NCBI GenBank assembly: GCA_963833985.1
Contig: CAWIAD010000002.1
Location: forward strand, 3,136,001 to 3,200,000
DNA: 64,000 nucleotides
Reading direction: 5' to 3'
DNA from: an uncultured Planctomycetaceae bacterium
Lineage (GTDB): Bacteria > Planctomycetota > Planctomycetia > Isosphaerales > Isosphaeraceae
Part shown: positions 41,528 through 53,205 of the stretch, piece after piece
How the letters are laid out: each line of letters starts with the position of its first letter
Numbering within the stretch: the first letter of the stretch is position 1
Program-made: the position numbers and the translations under genes
Notes under the pieces: model-generated
What the model was told of the DNA's origin: nothing
Seen by the model: only the letters and a program-made list of their open reading frames with translations
Database searches by the model: none

Positions 41528-41712
41528 CGCGGGCGATCACTCCGCCCGACCAACGAATCCGGGCTCGCTCCGCAACAGAGAGACGCCAGGATACGAAACT
41601 CCGCCGCCGGATTCCAAGTGCCGTCACGCGGGAGACCCGTCCATGCCCGTTTCGTCTCTCTCCCGGCCTTGCCCCGGGAGCACGAAACGGCGCGGGCTGC
41701 TCGGCCAGGCGC

Positions 41713-41740
41713 TTGACTGACACGGCGTGTCGTTTATGAT
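41713..41740 (+). promoter_or_regulatory. sigma70-type promoter for tRNA-Glu
   Basis: TTGACT-16 bp-TATGAT, 15 bp upstream of the tRNA. Confidence 0.7.
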
Positions 41741-41755
41741 TGTTCCTTGTAGACT

Positions 41756-41828
41756 GCCCCCATCGTCTAGCGGCCTAGGATACTTGGTTCTCAGCCAAGG
41801 GACCGGGGTTCGAGTCCCCGTGGGGGTG
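41756..41828 (+). tRNA. tRNA-Glu (CTC)
   Basis: GCCCCCATCGTCTAGCGGCCTAGGATACTTGGTTCTCAGCCAAGGGACCGGGGTTCGAGTCCCCGTGGGGGTG cloverleaf, anticodon CTC. Confidence 0.96.
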
Positions 41829-41870
41829 CTGTTGGTTGTTCCATCGGCTAGCGACCGGAAGGGTCGTGCG

Positions 41871-43713
41871 GTGCTGGCCGGTTACCACGGCCGCTTTGTT
41901 GGCCTGCAAGCCACCGGCGGCTCGTGGTCTTTCCATCCCCTGGATCCCGCTGTCCTTCAAGGGTTTATTGGCGGCGTGGGCCTGGGCTCCTGGCTCCTGG
42001 CCCATCACAATCGGCCGGGCACGCTGCCCCTGGACGCGGAGAGTTCGCTCGTCTTCGCCCTCAGCCCGCTGGTGGGAACCCCGCTGACCACCTCGGCGAA
42101 GTTCGCCGTCGTGGCGATCAGCCCGCTCACGGGACGGGTTTGCGATGCGCTTTCCTCCTCGCACTTCGCCCTGGCGGCCAAGCGGCTGGGCGTCGACGCC
42201 ATCGTGATCTCGGGATGCTGCCCGGAACCTTCGATTGTGTTCCTCGCAGGAGAAGCGGACGGTTCGATCCGGGTGGAATGGCGGCCGGCGGGCTCGCTCT
42301 GGGGGTTGCCGGCCCGGCAGGCGGAGGAGGCCATCCGCGACCGTCACGGGCACGACTGGCAGGTGGCGTCGATCGGGCCGGCGGGAGAACGCCTCGTTCC
42401 GTTTGCCACCATCAGCCATGACGGCCGGCACGCCGGCCGCGGCGGGCTGGGCGCGGTGCTGGGATCGAAGCGCATCAAGGCCGTCGCCGTGCGCGGGCAG
42501 GTGCGAACGCCGGTGGCCGACGCGGAGGGGACCATCGCCCTGGCCCGGCGGCTGTCGGCCCTGTCGTTCGGGCCGGCCACGGAGAAGTATCGCGAGCTGG
42601 GCACGGTGGCCAACCTCTTGACGTTCAACCGCCTGGCGACCCTGCCCACCCGGAACTTCCAGGGCAGCTCGTTCCCGGAGGCCGAGCGGCTCGCGGCGGA
42701 GGCGCTTGGCCCCGCCCGGCGCGTGGCGCGCAAGTCGTGTGCTTCTTGCACCATCGGCTGCGAGCATCTGTATGCCGGCGAGCCCGGGGCGGGCCAGGCG
42801 GGAGTGCGCCTGGAATACGAGTCGCTGTACGCGCTGGGGCCGCTCTGCGGGGTCAGCGACCCGGCCGCCGTACGCGCCGCGGCGCGGGCTTGCGACGACC
42901 TGGGAATCGATACCATCAGCACCGGCGCGACGATCGCATTCCTCACGGAATGCGCGGAAAACGGCTGGATCGAGGGCCGGCTCGCCAGATCCGGAAAGTT
43001 CCTGCGATTCGGTGACGGCGACGCCGTGCGGGAAGCGATCGAGTCCCTGCTGGAGCGTCATGGCGAGGTGGGCGAGCTGATGGCGCTGGGCAGCCGCGCA
43101 GCGGCCGAGTCGATTGGCCCCCAGGCCCGCGAGATCGCACCGCACGTGAAGGGCATGGAGCTGCCGGGATACGATCCGCGCGGCCTGCACGCCATGGCGC
43201 TGGGGCTGGCGGTGGGCACCCGCGGGGCGGACCACAATCGCTCGGGCGCCTACGAGGCGGACTTCTCCAGCCGCGTCGACCGATTGGCCGGCGGAGTGGA
43301 TTCCGCCCTCGCCGCGATCGAGACCGAGGACCGCGCGGCGCTCATGGATTCGCTCATCCTCTGCAAGTTTCTCCGCGGGGTGTTCGAGGACTTCTACGAG
43401 GAATCGGCCCAGATGCTGCACCTCCTCACGGGCTGGCCGTTCACGACCCAGGAGCTGAGGACGGCCGCCCGGCGTATCGTCACCGCGCGGAAGTGCCTGA
43501 ACCAGCGCGAGGGATGGACGGCCCGGGAAGACACCCTCCCCGCGCGTCTGCTGGCTAATGAACCGTTGCAGCCAGGCGGGTCGTCCCTGTCGCGATCGCG
43601 CTTGGAAGCGATGATCGCTGCCTATTATGAGGAGCGCGGCTGGACCGCCGACGGCCGCGTGCCCGCTGGCGCTCCGGGCCGAACTGGGCCTTGGCGACCC
43701 CATGTTCGGCTAA
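41871..43713 (+). CDS. Aldehyde:ferredoxin oxidoreductase family (W/Mo-pterin) protein; probable frameshift near 43665
   Basis: GYHGR start, SPLTG, SIGPAGE, AGRGGLGAVLGSK, CASCTIGC, EYESL, GIDTISTG, KGMELPGYDPR, YYEERGW. Confidence 0.9.
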
Positions 43714-43975
43714 GGGACGACCAAGCCTGCCGGCCAACGCCGGCGAACGCCGGGACGTTTCTTGCGATAGGCAGCGGAGAGACCGATCCGGTACACTCGG
43801 TGAAGTCGCTCCTTGAACCCGCGGGCGCAGGGAGTGTCTGGCGAATGGATCCTCACGGAACGGATCTCGCGCAGGACTTCGGAAGCAGTTGAATGGCTGA
43901 AAACACCCCTTCGATGAACCAACCCACTCCGCCTTCAAAATCCTCCGTACGCGCGAAATCGCTGCGCGGCGCTCG

Positions 43976-44398
43976 GTGAAGGCGGCGCAGGACGAAGTGA
44001 CCTCGCGCGCCGTCGAGCGGAGCGATCCGGAGCGAGTCAACCAGGCGCTCGAGCATGCACGGCTGGCCGCCCGCATGGCCGAGGAGAATGGCGGCAAGGA
44101 CGTCGTGCTCCTCGATCTCCGCAAGGCGACACCGCTGCTCGACTTCTTCGTGATCGCCACGGCCAGCTCGCGGCGGCTCAGCCACGCCATCGCCAGCGAG
44201 ATCGACGCCGAGATGAAGAAGCGGGGCGAGCGGAAGCTTGGCATGGAGGGCTCGGAAGAAGGGCGCTGGATTCTCATCGACTACGGCGACTTCGTCGTCC
44301 ACGTGTTCTCAGGGGACGGCCGCGCCTACTATTCGCTCGAGGAGCTGTGGGGCGATCCTCCGCGTCTGGAGTGGAACGAGCCCTCGCAGACCAGTTGA
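43976..44398 (+). CDS. rsfS: Ribosome silencing factor
   Basis: DVVLLDL, DFFVIATA, WILIDYGDFVVHVF, YYSLEELWGD; true start may be 43893 with a frameshift. Confidence 0.93.
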   Translation: MKAAQDEVTSRAVERSDPERVNQALEHARLAARMAEENGGKDVVLLDLRKATPLLDFFVIATASSRRLSHAIASEIDAEMKKRGERKLGMEGSEEGRWILIDYGDFVVHVFSGDGRAYYSLEELWGDPPRLEWNEPSQTS

Positions 44399-44456
44399 CG
44401 CCGGACTCATCCAATCCCATCCACCCCAGCAGAGCCCGGGCCGCCGGCGCTTCACC

Positions 44457-46176
44457 ATGAATGTCCTGGAACGACTCCGAACCGCCTTTGCCGCGGCCAC
44501 GCCTGAAGGAGGCGACGCCGCCACCTTCCGGTCAGCCGTCCGTGCCACGAACGACCCCAAGTTCGGCGATTACCAGGCCAACGGCTGCATGGCGCTGGCA
44601 AAGACGCTGAAGCTGAATCCACGCGTGCTGGCGTCGCAGGTCGCCGCGGCCGTTGACCTGGCGCCGCTGGCGGGTGCTCCCGATGTCGCCGGGCCGGGGT
44701 TCCTGAATGTCCGCCTGCACGACGCCTGGATTGCCCAGGCCCTCACCGAGCTGCTCCAGGGCGGCTTCCCCGGGATCGACCCCCCCGCGCTGCCGCGCAC
44801 CGTGGTGATCGATTTTTCTTCTCCCAACGTCGCCAAGCCGATGCACGTGGGGCATATCCGGTCGACCGTGATCGGCAACAGCCTGGCCCGCATCTTCCAG
44901 TCACTCGGGCATCACGTCGTCCGCGACAACCACCTGGGCGACTGGGGCTCCCAGTTCGGGATGATCCTCTGGGGCTGGAAGAACGCCCGGGATGATGCCG
45001 CCTACGAGGCGGACCCGGTGGCCGAGCTGGCAAGGCTTTATCGAGCGGCCCAGGACCGCATCAGGGCCGGCGATCGCTCGGTCGAGGACGCCGCCCGCGC
45101 CGAGACGGCCAAGCTGCACGCGGGCGATGCCCAGAACCGTGAGCTCTGGAACCGGTTCATGCCGCATTGCCTCCAGGCCTTGCAAAAGATTTACGACCGC
45201 CTGGGTGTCGCGTTCGACGTCGAGCTGGGCGAGAGCTTCTACGACCCGATGCTCGCCGGAGTGGTCGAAGACCTCCAGAACAGGAGCATCGCGGAAGAGA
45301 GCGAGGGGGCCATCGTCGTCTTCACGCCCGAGACGCCGGCCCCTTTCATCATCCGCAAACGCGACGGGGCCTTCAATTACGGCACCACCGACCTGGCGAC
45401 CATCAAGTACCGGGCCGAGACCTGGAACCCGCAGCAGGTCCTTTACGTGGTCGACCATCGCCAGGGCGACCACTTCAAGCAGCTCTTCGCCGTGGCCCGG
45501 CGCTGGGGTTACGATTCGATCGACCTGGAGCACGTCGCCTTCGGCACGATCCTGGGCGCGGATCGCCGGCCGTTCAAGACCCGCGAGGGCGACGTGGTGG
45601 GCCTGGAATCACTGCTCGACGAGGCCGTCTCCGAAGCGCGCAAGGTGGTTGATGCCAACAGCCCCGACCTGGAAGAGGACGCCCGCGCCCGGGTGGCCGA
45701 GGTGGTCGGCCTGGGCGCCATCAAGTATGCGGACCTCTCGCAGAACCGGCTCAGCGACTACATCTTCGACTGGCAGAAGATGCTCGCCATGAACGGCAAC
45801 ACGGCCACCTACCTGCAATACGCCTACGCACGCATCCAGAGCATCTTCCGCAAGGGGCAGACCGATCCGCGGAGTATCCGCGAGCGGCCGCCGGAGATCG
45901 TGCTCAACCACCCGGCGGAGCGAGCGCCTCGGGGTTCGTATTCTGCGGCTGCCGGAAGTGCTGGAGCTGGCGGCCCTGGAGCTGAAGCCCAACATCCTGA
46001 CCGACTACCTGTTCGACCTGGCGAACGCCTTCAGCACGTTTTTCGAGGAGTGCCCCGTGCTCAAGGCCGAGTCCCCCGCCCGGCGCGACAGCCGCCTGGC
46101 CATCTGCGACCTCACGGCGCAGACCTTGAAATCCGGGCTCGATTTGCTAGGAATCGACGTCGTTGATCGCATGTAA
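44457..46176 (+). CDS. argS: Arginine--tRNA ligase (frameshift near 45925)
   Basis: FGDYQAN, DFSSPNVAKPMHVGHIRST, NHLGDWGSQFG, YLQYAYARI; C-terminus LGIDVVDRM* in another frame. Confidence 0.96.
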
Positions 46177-46263
46177 GATCCTGTACAGACCCACGATGAC
46201 CGCCGGGTTCGCCCACCCCGTCGGTGCACCCCGACCTCATTCCAACCTCCGGGAGCCTGCCAG

Positions 46264-48146
46264 ATGACCACGCCAGGCCACTTCGCCAGGATCGCCGAGG
46301 GCCTTGGTCTTGGACTGGGCGCGGTTTTTCTCGCCGTGGCCATGCCCTGTCTGCGGCCTGACCTCCGGGCGCGGAGCCGGCTCCGGCCGCGTCTGCCCCC
46401 GGTGAAGGACCGCATCGTTCGCCCATCTCCGTGAGTCTCAGTCGCGACGGCCGCCGGCTGCTGGTGGCCAACCAGACGGCCGGCTCGGTTTCGCTCGTCG
46501 ATCCGGTCGAGGGCAAGGTCCTCCACGAACTATCGACCGGTGAGAAGCCGGCGGGCGTGGCCCTCTGTGCCGACGCCACGCGCGGCGTGGTGACGCACTG
46601 GTACGGCTACGACCTGGCCCTGCTGGAGATCGATCATGACCGCATGACCGTACGCGGACGGGTCGAGGTTGGGCCGGAGCCGCGGGGGGTGGCCATCGAT
46701 GCCGCCGGCAAGACGGCCTTCGTGGCCGTGGGAGTGGCGAACGAGGTGGTCCAGGTCGACCTGGAGACCATGCGAGTGACCGCGCGCGTCGCCGTGGGCC
46801 GCGAGCCGCGGGGTATTGCCCTGGCGCCCGACGGCTCGTTCCTGCTGGTCGGCAACGCGCGGTCGCAGGACGTCGCCGTCGTCTCCACTCAGTCGCTGGC
46901 CGTGTTCCGGACAATCCCGATCGACGGTGACAACCTGCGGCAGGTGACGATCAGCGCTGATGGCAAGCACGGCTACGTGGCGAACATGAGGAACCGGGGC
47001 TTCGCGACCACCGCGAACAACATCGACCTGGGCTGGGTGCTCGGCCAGCGCCTCACCCGCATCGACCTGGACGCACCCGAACCCACGTTCGCCACGCTGT
47101 CGCTCGACCCGCACGGCAAGGCCGCCTCGGATGCCCACGGCGTGGCCGTGAGCCACGACAACCGCTTCGTTGCCGTCAGCCTGGGTGGGACGCACGAGGT
47201 GATGATCTTCCGGACCGACCAGCGCAGGCTCCCCTGGCGCATTGGCAGCTCACGGGACCTCATGTCGGCGGAGCTGCTCAGCGGCGACGGCCGGCTGCGC
47301 CGCGTCCCCCTGGGGGGACGGCCCACCGAGCTGGCCTTCGCGCCTGACGGCAAGACCCTCTACGTGGCGAACTACCTGAACGACGCCGTGCAGGTGGTCG
47401 ACGCCGGATCGGCTCGATTGGTCCGCACGATCGCGCTGGGAGGCCCGCACACCCTGTCCCTGGCGCGCCAGGGCGAGATCCTCTTTCACGCCGCCGAGCG
47501 GTCGTTCAACCAGTGGTACAGTTGCAACACCTGCCACAGTGACGGGCATACCAACGGCCTGAGCTTTGACACGCTCAACGACGGCCGGCAGGACCTCAGC
47601 ACAACCCATCTGCGCAGCCACAAGAAGGTGCCCACGCTGCGGCGCGTCACACGGACCGGCCCGTGGACCTGGCACGGCTGGCAGACCGATCTCGACGACG
47701 CCGTGGTCGAGTCGTTCACCAAGAGCATGCGGGGTCCGCAGCCTTCGTCCGACGAGGTCAAGGCGCTGGTCGCGTACCTTGGCACGCTGGAGTATCCGCG
47801 CAACCCCTACCTCGGTCCCGGCGGTCGGCTTTCGGCCGCAGCCGAGCGCGGTCAGGCCGTCTATCGCTCGGCCAAGGCCGCCTGCAACACCTGCCACGGC
47901 GGTCCCGAGCTCAGCGATGGCAAGGTTCACGTGGTCGGGCTCGAAGAACCCGAAGACGCCTACCGCGGCTACAACCCGCCCTCGCTGCGCGGCGTCTACG
48001 ACAAGGACCCCTACTTTCACGACGGCCGCACCGCGACTCTCCGTGAAGCCCTCTCGGGACCGCACAGCACCGATGCGGTCTCGGGGCTGGGCGAGCTCAG
48101 CGATGCCGAGTTAAACGACCTGATCGCATACCTGAAAACGCTGTGA
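46264..48146 (+). CDS. YVTN beta-propeller fused to di-heme cytochrome c (peroxidase/MauG-like); N-terminal frameshift near 46350
   Basis: VGPEPRGVA / VGREPRGIA repeats, two CNTCH motifs, PSLRGV..PYFHDG; signal-like N-terminus from the ATG at 46264. Confidence 0.82.
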
Positions 48147-48189
48147 AGCAAAGTCGGACGTCTGCTCGTTAGGCGCAGCCGATGTGCGC

Positions 48190-49524
48190 TCAGGCCCATT
48201 GCTTCTCCAGGCTGTAGGAGATCACCTTCACTCCGCGGTCGCGGAGAGGTGCGAGCGCCTCCTTGAGGGCCTGCCGCTCCTCCTCCCATTCCTCGGGCGG
48301 AAGCTCCCCGTGGAGGTCGGCTTCTTCCTCCCCTGCGCTGAGCTCACGCTCGTCGAGCAAGAAAACGAGGTCGCCGCGCCCCAGCTCCAGCGCCGACAGG
48401 AGACGCGCAGTCTCCGAGCGGTGCTGCGCGGCGTTCTCGTGGCCTCCGGCACCGGCCAGGATCAGCAGGCTGAGGCGGATGCCCGCGGATTTCAGACCCG
48501 AAACGACCCCTTGCAGGTCTTCGTCGCGCCACGCCTTGTGATACCGCTCGCGAATCCGCGGCGCGCCCGATTCGATGCCCAGAGTGACGTGTGCAAGATG
48601 GCGTTCGCGGAAGGCCCGCCATCCCGCCGGGTCGGGGCAGGGGGGGCTGAAATCGTCCAGGAAGGCAAAGACCTCCATCTTCCGCGTCAGTGGATCGCGG
48701 GCATTCTCGGGCAAGGCCAGCTCCTGCCCGGTCATTCCGAACGCGCGGTCGACAACGTCCAGGTATGCCGCGACGAGGTCCGCGTGGAGGCGGAGCACCT
48801 CGCCACCGCTCAGGAAGACCATACGCGACTGGAGCAGGCGTCGGCCAAGGAGCCGGACGACATCTTCAACGTGCTGCCGGAACTCGCCGGCCGAGCGCAC
48901 CACTATTGCGCTGGCCGGACCCTTGCCGAGGCCCGAACCCCGGCCCGCGTCGAACGTGGCCTGGGCCACCACCGCGTTCTGGCAGTCGGGAGGCAGAAAC
49001 GGGAGCGGCCCATAGGTGGCATGATATTGCCGGCGATGCGCGTCCCAGGCCCCGCTGTCCCAGCCGGCGATGCGGGCGAGGAACTCACGCAGGTCGTCCC
49101 GGCTGAGCGGCTGTGCCTTGCCCGCTGGCGGCTCGCGTCGGGCGACCTGGTTGCGGTCCAGCACGTCCATCAGGTCCAGCGCGACAGAGCGAACCTGATC
49201 ATCGAGCGCGCGGGTCTCGGCCTCCGTGTAGGTCCGGCGTTTGAGGATAAGATTCGCACCTTCGCGGACCCGGTCGATGGCGTGGACGCTTGTATCCAGG
49301 CTCTTGAGGTAATGCGTCGCGCCAATGTACGCGCGTTGCCAGCGGCCCTCGAGGTCGAAGTGGTAGATGGGCGCGTCGTCGAAGTAGAGCGAGAACGCAC
49401 CTTGCTTGAAACCCGCGAACGCCAGGTCGGACAGGCCGGGCAACTCCAGCAGCCCCACGCGGCTGCGGTAGAGGGCCCCTGATTCCAGCAAGCAAGCGGC
49501 TTCGGTCTTGGGCACGGAGGTCAT
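48190..49524 (-). CDS. Hypothetical protein with degenerate radical-SAM-like TIM barrel
   Basis: VFLSGGE, VTLGIESG, ILAGAGG resemble the radical SAM core, but no CxxxCxxC. Confidence 0.6.
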   Translation of the reverse strand: MTSVPKTEAACLLESGALYRSRVGLLELPGLSDLAFAGFKQGAFSLYFDDAPIYHFDLEGRWQRAYIGATHYLKSLDTSVHAIDRVREGANLILKRRTYTEAETRALDDQVRSVALDLMDVLDRNQVARREPPAGKAQPLSRDDLREFLARIAGWDSGAWDAHRRQYHATYGPLPFLPPDCQNAVVAQATFDAGRGSGLGKGPASAIVVRSAGEFRQHVEDVVRLLGRRLLQSRMVFLSGGEVLRLHADLVAAYLDVVDRAFGMTGQELALPENARDPLTRKMEVFAFLDDFSPPCPDPAGWRAFRERHLAHVTLGIESGAPRIRERYHKAWRDEDLQGVVSGLKSAGIRLSLLILAGAGGHENAAQHRSETARLLSALELGRGDLVFLLDERELSAGEEEADLHGELPPEEWEEERQALKEALAPLRDRGVKVISYSLEKQWA

Positions 49525-49586
49525 CCCAGTCAGTCCAGGTATGGCGCTGTAGCGAGCATTCGCGGCACGGCCAAACGGACCGGCAT

Positions 49587-51326
49587 GGGTGTAAGACACG
49601 GTTCGTTTTTCTGAGGTCCTACGCCGCTTTCCCAGTTTCCCTGGCTTTATAGTTGCGGAAGGGGCTGCTGGGCCTCTCTTTGAGGTACCGATCCAGGCGT
49701 CCGTCCTCCGAGAGGAACGACGCTCGAAGCTGAAGCATCGTCTCGGCACCGGCGTCGCTCCAGAATTTCTCCGACCCCTTGACCCGCCGGTTGAAGATCT
49801 TCACGGTCGACTCCACGTGACTGCTCGTCCACGGCAATCCCCCGCGTCGATAAGCAGGGTAGTCCATCCGCTCTCGATTATGCTCCAGGTAGCCGAGTTC
49901 TTGGGCGATGATCTTGCGCGGGTCATCGTCGGCCAGCCGTTCGAGCTCGTCTCCGGATAAGGACGCCTGGGCATCTCGCAGGGTACGGAGTTCCTCAATC
50001 ACCTGGCCCACGCGTCCCTTCCAGCAGGCCTCCGCCCATGCCTGGAACAACTCCCAGCGGCCTTCGGTCTCGATCGCCGCAGCCTTGGCGGCCGCGAACA
50101 GGTGACCCAGGGCGTGGAGAAAATCAACGATGGCCAGAAAGGTCGGAAAATGCCGTTGCTGCAATTTCCAGATCCAGGCCGAGCCGTCCCCCAGGAACGC
50201 CCGATGAGCCGCTTTCATGAGATTGCGTCGCCACGCCTCCGCGGCCACCATCGGCCCGAATTGCTCGCTGGAGCAGGTGCTCGCCACGTAAGTCCGCACC
50301 ACCAGTTCGGGCCTTTCCCTCGGCTCGGACCGATCCCCGGGGGACGGCAGAGATGCTTCGTCGATGTTCTCCGCCGGGGCCTCCTGTAGGCCCATCGAGC
50401 TCGACCCGCTGATCCCGCCGACAAGCTTCTCGACGTATCCCCGGTCGCGGTAGCAGGCGGGCAACTCCGGCTCCGGGTCGCAGTCCGAGACGACATTGGC
50501 CATGGTGGCCAGAATCGCGATCTTGTCCTCACGCCAGGACGCATCATGGGCACCGGGCCCTTCCCCCTGGCCGCGAATCTGCAGCCGGCCGCCGTCAACC
50601 TCGACCACTGCCAGAGCCGGCCGTGTCTCGACTCGCGGCTCGAGCTTATGGGCTTGAAGTTCGCTCACATGCTGATCTCTCTCGGCCTGCAATTGTTGGC
50701 CGACCTCCTGGGCGATGCGGCCGATCTGCCGACTGCCGATGGTCACCTCGGCCAATTCCGCCATCGCCTCGGCCGCCTCCCGGAAGGAGGGCTCCCGGGC
50801 ACCGCAACGGACGATCTTGCGCAGCACCGAAGGGCTGTAGTCATGTGGCGTGAGGCGCAAGGCCGGACGCTGAGGGAAAAAAATCCCGGCGACATGCCGG
50901 GCAGTGGCACTTCGGTTCGGCGTAGGTGACCTTGCCTCCCCAGAATTCAATGGTTCGATCGTTGCGTTGCACCGGACAGAGCCGCTTGCAGTTGGGACAA
51001 GGCTGCTCGGCCCCCAAGAGGGAGGCTTTCTGCTTCAGGAGTTCCTCGATGGTTCCCTTGGCCACGGCACAGGCCGCGGTCATGGCCATTTGTTCCATGT
51101 CGTCGGCATCGAGGTCCAGGTCAGGCCCAACTTCTTCGTGGACCCGTCGCGCCACAGTTTTCCCCCACCCTTTGGCCATCTGCTCGACCCCGGTGCGATC
51201 CATCGATGGTGACTTACGGAAAGGCATAGCAGGTCCCTCCTTGGACTTCCGGTGACGGACAATTTGGGAAACTTGACTTGACATGCTACCACCGGCCTCG
51301 GGCGGCGCGAACCGCGTCTTACACCC
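49587..51326 (-). mobile_element. ISKra4-like insertion sequence, copy 1 (1740 bp)
   Basis: 19-bp TIR GGGTGTAAGAC(A/G)CGGTTCG; flanked by 9-bp GACCGGCAT at 49578-49586 and 51327-51335. Confidence 0.92.
49619..51227 (-). CDS. ISKra4/UPF0236-like DDE transposase (two overlapping ORFs, frameshift at T7 run 50877-50883)
   Basis: Zn-finger CPNC..CPAC in ORF A; EVDGG, LGDGSAWIW, DFLHA, MDYPAYRRGGLPWTSSHVESTVK in ORF B. Confidence 0.88.
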
Positions 51327-51335
51327 GACCGGCAT

Positions 51336-53075
51336 GGGTGTAAGACACGGTTCGTTTTTCTGAGGTCCTACGCCGCTTTCCCAGTTTCCCTGGCTTTATA
51401 GTTGCGGAAGGGGCTGCTGGGCCTCTCTTTGAGGTACCGATCCAGGCGTCCGTCCTCCGAGAGGAACGACGCTCGAAGCTGAAGCATCGTCTCGGCACCG
51501 GCGTCGCTCCAGAATTTCTCCGACCCCTTGACCCGCCGGTTGAAGATCTTCACGGTCGACTCCACGTGACTGCTCGTCCACGGCAATCCCCCGCGTCGAT
51601 AAGCAGGGTAGTCCATCCGCTCTCGATTATGCTCCAGGTAGCCGAGTTCTTGGGCGATGATCTTGCGCGGGTCATCGTCGGCCAGCCGTTCGAGCTCGTC
51701 TCCGGATAAGGACGCCTGGGCATCTCGCAGGGTACGGAGTTCCTCAATCACCTGGCCCACGCGTCCCTTCCAGCAGGCCTCCGCCCATGCCTGGAACAAC
51801 TCCCAGCGGCCTTCGGTCTCGATCGCCGCAGCCTTGGCGGCCGCGAACAGGTGACCCAGGGCGTGGAGAAAATCAACGATGGCCAGAAAGGTCGGAAAAT
51901 GCCGTTGCTGCAATTTCCAGATCCAGGCCGAGCCGTCCCCCAGGAACGCCCGATGAGCCGCTTTCATGAGATTGCGTCGCCACGCCTCCGCGGCCACCAT
52001 CGGCCCGAATTGCTCGCTGGAGCAGGTGCTCGCCACGTAAGTCCGCACCACCAGTTCGGGCCTTTCCCTCGGCTCGGACCGATCCCCGGGGGACGGCAGA
52101 GATGCTTCGTCGATGTTCTCCGCCGGGGCCTCCTGTAGGCCCATCGAGCTCGACCCGCTGATCCCGCCGACAAGCTTCTCGACGTATCCCCGGTCGCGGT
52201 AGCAGGCGGGCAACTCCGGCTCCGGGTCGCAGTCCGAGACGACATTGGCCATGGTGGCCAAAATCGCGATCTTGTCCTCACGCCAGGACGCATCATGGGC
52301 ACCGGGCCCTTCCCCCTGGCCGCGAATCTGCAGCCGGCCGCCGTCAACCTCGACCACTGCCAGAGCCGGCCGTGTCTCGACTCGCGGCTCGAGCTTATGG
52401 GCTTGAAGTTCGCTCACATGCTGATCTCTCTCGGCCTGCAATTGTTGGCCGACCTCCTGGGCGATGCGGCCGATCTGCCGACTGCCGATGGTCACCTCGG
52501 CCAATTCCGCCATCGCCTCGGCCGCCTCCCGGAAGGAGGGCTCCCGGGCACCGCAACGGACGATCTTGCGCAGCACCGAAGGGCTGTAGTCATGTGGCGT
52601 GAGGCGCAAGGCCGGACGCTGAGGGAAAAAAATCCCGGCGACATGCCGGGCAGTGGCACTTCGGTTCGGCGTAGGTGACCTTGCCTCCCCAGAATTCAAT
52701 GGTTCGATCGTTGCGTTGCACCGGACAGAGCCGCTTGCAGTTGGGACAAGGCTGCTCGGCCCCCAAGAGGGAGGCTTTCTGCTTCAGGAGTTCCTCGATG
52801 GTTCCCTTGGCCACGGCACAGGCCGCGGTCATGGCCATTTGTTCCATGTCGTCGGCATCGAGGTCCAGGTCAGGCCCAACTTCTTCGTGGACCCGTCGCG
52901 CCACAATTTTCCCCCACCCTTTGGCCATCTGCTCGACCCCGGTGCGATCCATCGATGGTGACTTACGGAAAGGCATAGCAGGTCCCTCCTTGGACTTCCG
53001 GTGACGGACAATTTGGGAAACTTGACTTGACATGCTACCACCGGCCTCGGGCGGCGCGAACCGCGTCTTACACCC
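51336..53075 (-). mobile_element. ISKra4-like insertion sequence, copy 2 (1740 bp)
   Basis: Near-identical to copy 1 at offset 1749; flanked by GACCGGCAT at 51327-51335 and 53076-53084. Confidence 0.92.
51368..52976 (-). CDS. ISKra4/UPF0236-like DDE transposase, copy 2
   Basis: Same two-ORF layout; one T/I amino-acid difference in ORF A. Confidence 0.88.
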
Positions 53076-53205
53076 GACCGGCATCGCTGTCCGGAAACGG
53101 TCTCGCCAGTTTCTGGCCTTTCATTATACTGCCGGATCCTGGACAGGGGTGCGGAGGGCGCTTCAGGTAAGGGATGCCCGCGGTCTTCAGCCGACAGGAC
53201 CGACG

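Noticed and set aside
41727..41870. N-terminal extension of the AOR ORF
   Set aside because: It overlaps tRNA-Glu; the real start is more likely the GTG at 41871.
44457..46176. argS and other frameshifted genes as true pseudogenes
   Set aside because: Essential or otherwise intact genes with single indels and no accumulated stops; sequencing error is more parsimonious.
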